From the NCBI RefSeq assembly GCF_009914755.1, contig NC_060938.1: a stretch of 64,000 bases of DNA. The stretch is one strand, 5' to 3'. Position 1 is the first letter of the stretch; each line of letters opens with the position of its first letter. The position numbers were made by a program, and so were the translations under genes. The notes beneath the pieces were generated by a model, which saw only the letters and a program-made list of their open reading frames with translations, searched no databases and was not told the origin of the DNA. Of the stretch, positions 62,621-64,000 are shown one piece after another. This stretch comes from the human T2T-CHM13v2.0 reference genome, Homo sapiens.

Positions 62621-64000
62621 AGTGATTTAACAACCTTGTGCCAGTGGCCAGGTATAATTGGAAACCCGTGGGGACCTCACCTAGAGATCTGCCCCTGTCA
62701 TGCCAGTATCCCTATTGCTCACAGTCACCTTATCCTCTGGGCAGAAAGAGGAGGGAAGCCCCATCTCATATTGACCTCCCTTGGTCTCCTTGAGGTCTGG
62801 CACAGTTCCTTTTCCAACACGGTTAGCTGCTGCTTTTTCACTTCTGCTGTCAAAAATAGTTTGGGCTGAGAGTGCACAGGGATTATATGTCCCAGCTTCA
62901 TTACATTCAGGTTTTCTACACATGTTCTAATTCTTTAGCTATCCTGGCTCTAACCATTACGAAACCTTGCAGAAGCACTCCTTGCTCTCTGTCTTCCAAG
63001 CTTTTATATTTTTGGCCAGCACTATGGACCTTGCAGAAAGCCCTTGCTAAAGGAACTTTGTGTTTTGGACATGTGGAAGTTGAGCCTTTCTTCCTTCCTT
63101 GCCCTGGGGAAAATTCTTGCAGTTTCATCATTTGAAAATCTCTCTGCAAGTTTCCTCAGGGACCTGAGAAGCCTTCCTTCTCCATCCCTCCCCCTGCCAA
63201 TTTTTCAAATGGATCAGATATAAACTAGCTTGTAATTAGCATCTATCTTCTTGGGAAAATCCATCCCAGAGAATGTACCAGGCCCAGTTCCAGTTCTGCA
63301 CCCTCCTCAGTGCAGGCCAGTGAGCTCTGTTACCTGGCCCCACAGAGTGATTCATCTCCCCATCCTCCCTTGGAGGTTGGAAGGACAGGCTGGGCAAACC
63401 AAACATCTATCTGCCCAGGTTATTTGGAATCCTTACACAGGAGTAAGCTGGTTAATAGCCCCCTTCTCCCCAGTGGGGGATTCCAGGTACTTGGTGTTTC
63501 CTTCTAAGCAGTGATGCTAACAAGTAGACCAGGAAAGACAGTATGGGCTTTAACTATATAATTTATCACTTAATTTTGGCTTGTCCAGAGTTATGGGGAG
63601 AAGTAGGGTCATCGGTTGGACCTACAGAGCATTTGTAAGAATTTAAAAAAGCCTCCCTTTCCACCAGGCTGATGCTGGCCTGATGAGTTCCATGCCCAGT
63701 GCTCAGCCTGGCAAATGGATTTCAGCCCCCACACAACCACTGGCCATGCATCCTTGGCCAAGGCCTCATTTAAGCTGCAAGAATGTAGAGATTCAGTTAA
63801 TTTTGTGTTACATTTTTATAGTAATGACATGATGTAATGTAGTAGTGAGTTTATTTCAAAGGCAAATTCATTTTAATAGTTTTACAAATGACTCTAGTCT
63901 CCTATTTATGGAATCAGTAAGGGTCTCAAGTAATCACCTCAATTTTTCAATTGTACTTCATTGAATTTTATGAAGGGAATATATGCTTTTGTATATTCAC

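Overview
Primate (hominoid, probably human) genomic DNA that is AT-rich and dominated by interspersed repeats. I recognise no host protein-coding exon, RNA gene or CpG island. The long ORFs in the track are L1 ORF1/ORF2/ORF0 remnants, Tigger1 transposase fragments, Alu antisense frames or low-complexity artefacts. Main content: a full-length L1PA4-like element (18.3-24.4 kb) nested in an LTR8/MER4-group provirus remnant, a 5'-truncated L1PA3-like element (47.2-50.0 kb), older L1s, about 20 Alu/FLAM copies, a full-length Tigger1, MST/MLT/ERV LTRs, and MIR/L2/CR1 fossils. Most L1, LTR and Alu copies are on the minus strand, suggesting an intron of a plus-strand transcription unit. Most notable observations: (1) the two L1PA copies ~28.9 kb apart share six apparently non-consensus substitutions although they differ at subfamily-diagnostic sites, suggesting local gene conversion; (2) a perfect 56-bp-arm palindrome with nested direct repeats at 14.0-14.2 kb, plus several other template-switch-like inverted or direct micro-duplications; (3) one target site used twice (L1 and AluY, three TSD copies); (4) an open L1 ORF0; (5) an Alu tail expanded to a ~740-bp pyrimidine tract. 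Subfamily calls and consensus comparisons are from memory and need RepeatMasker/Dfam confirmation.
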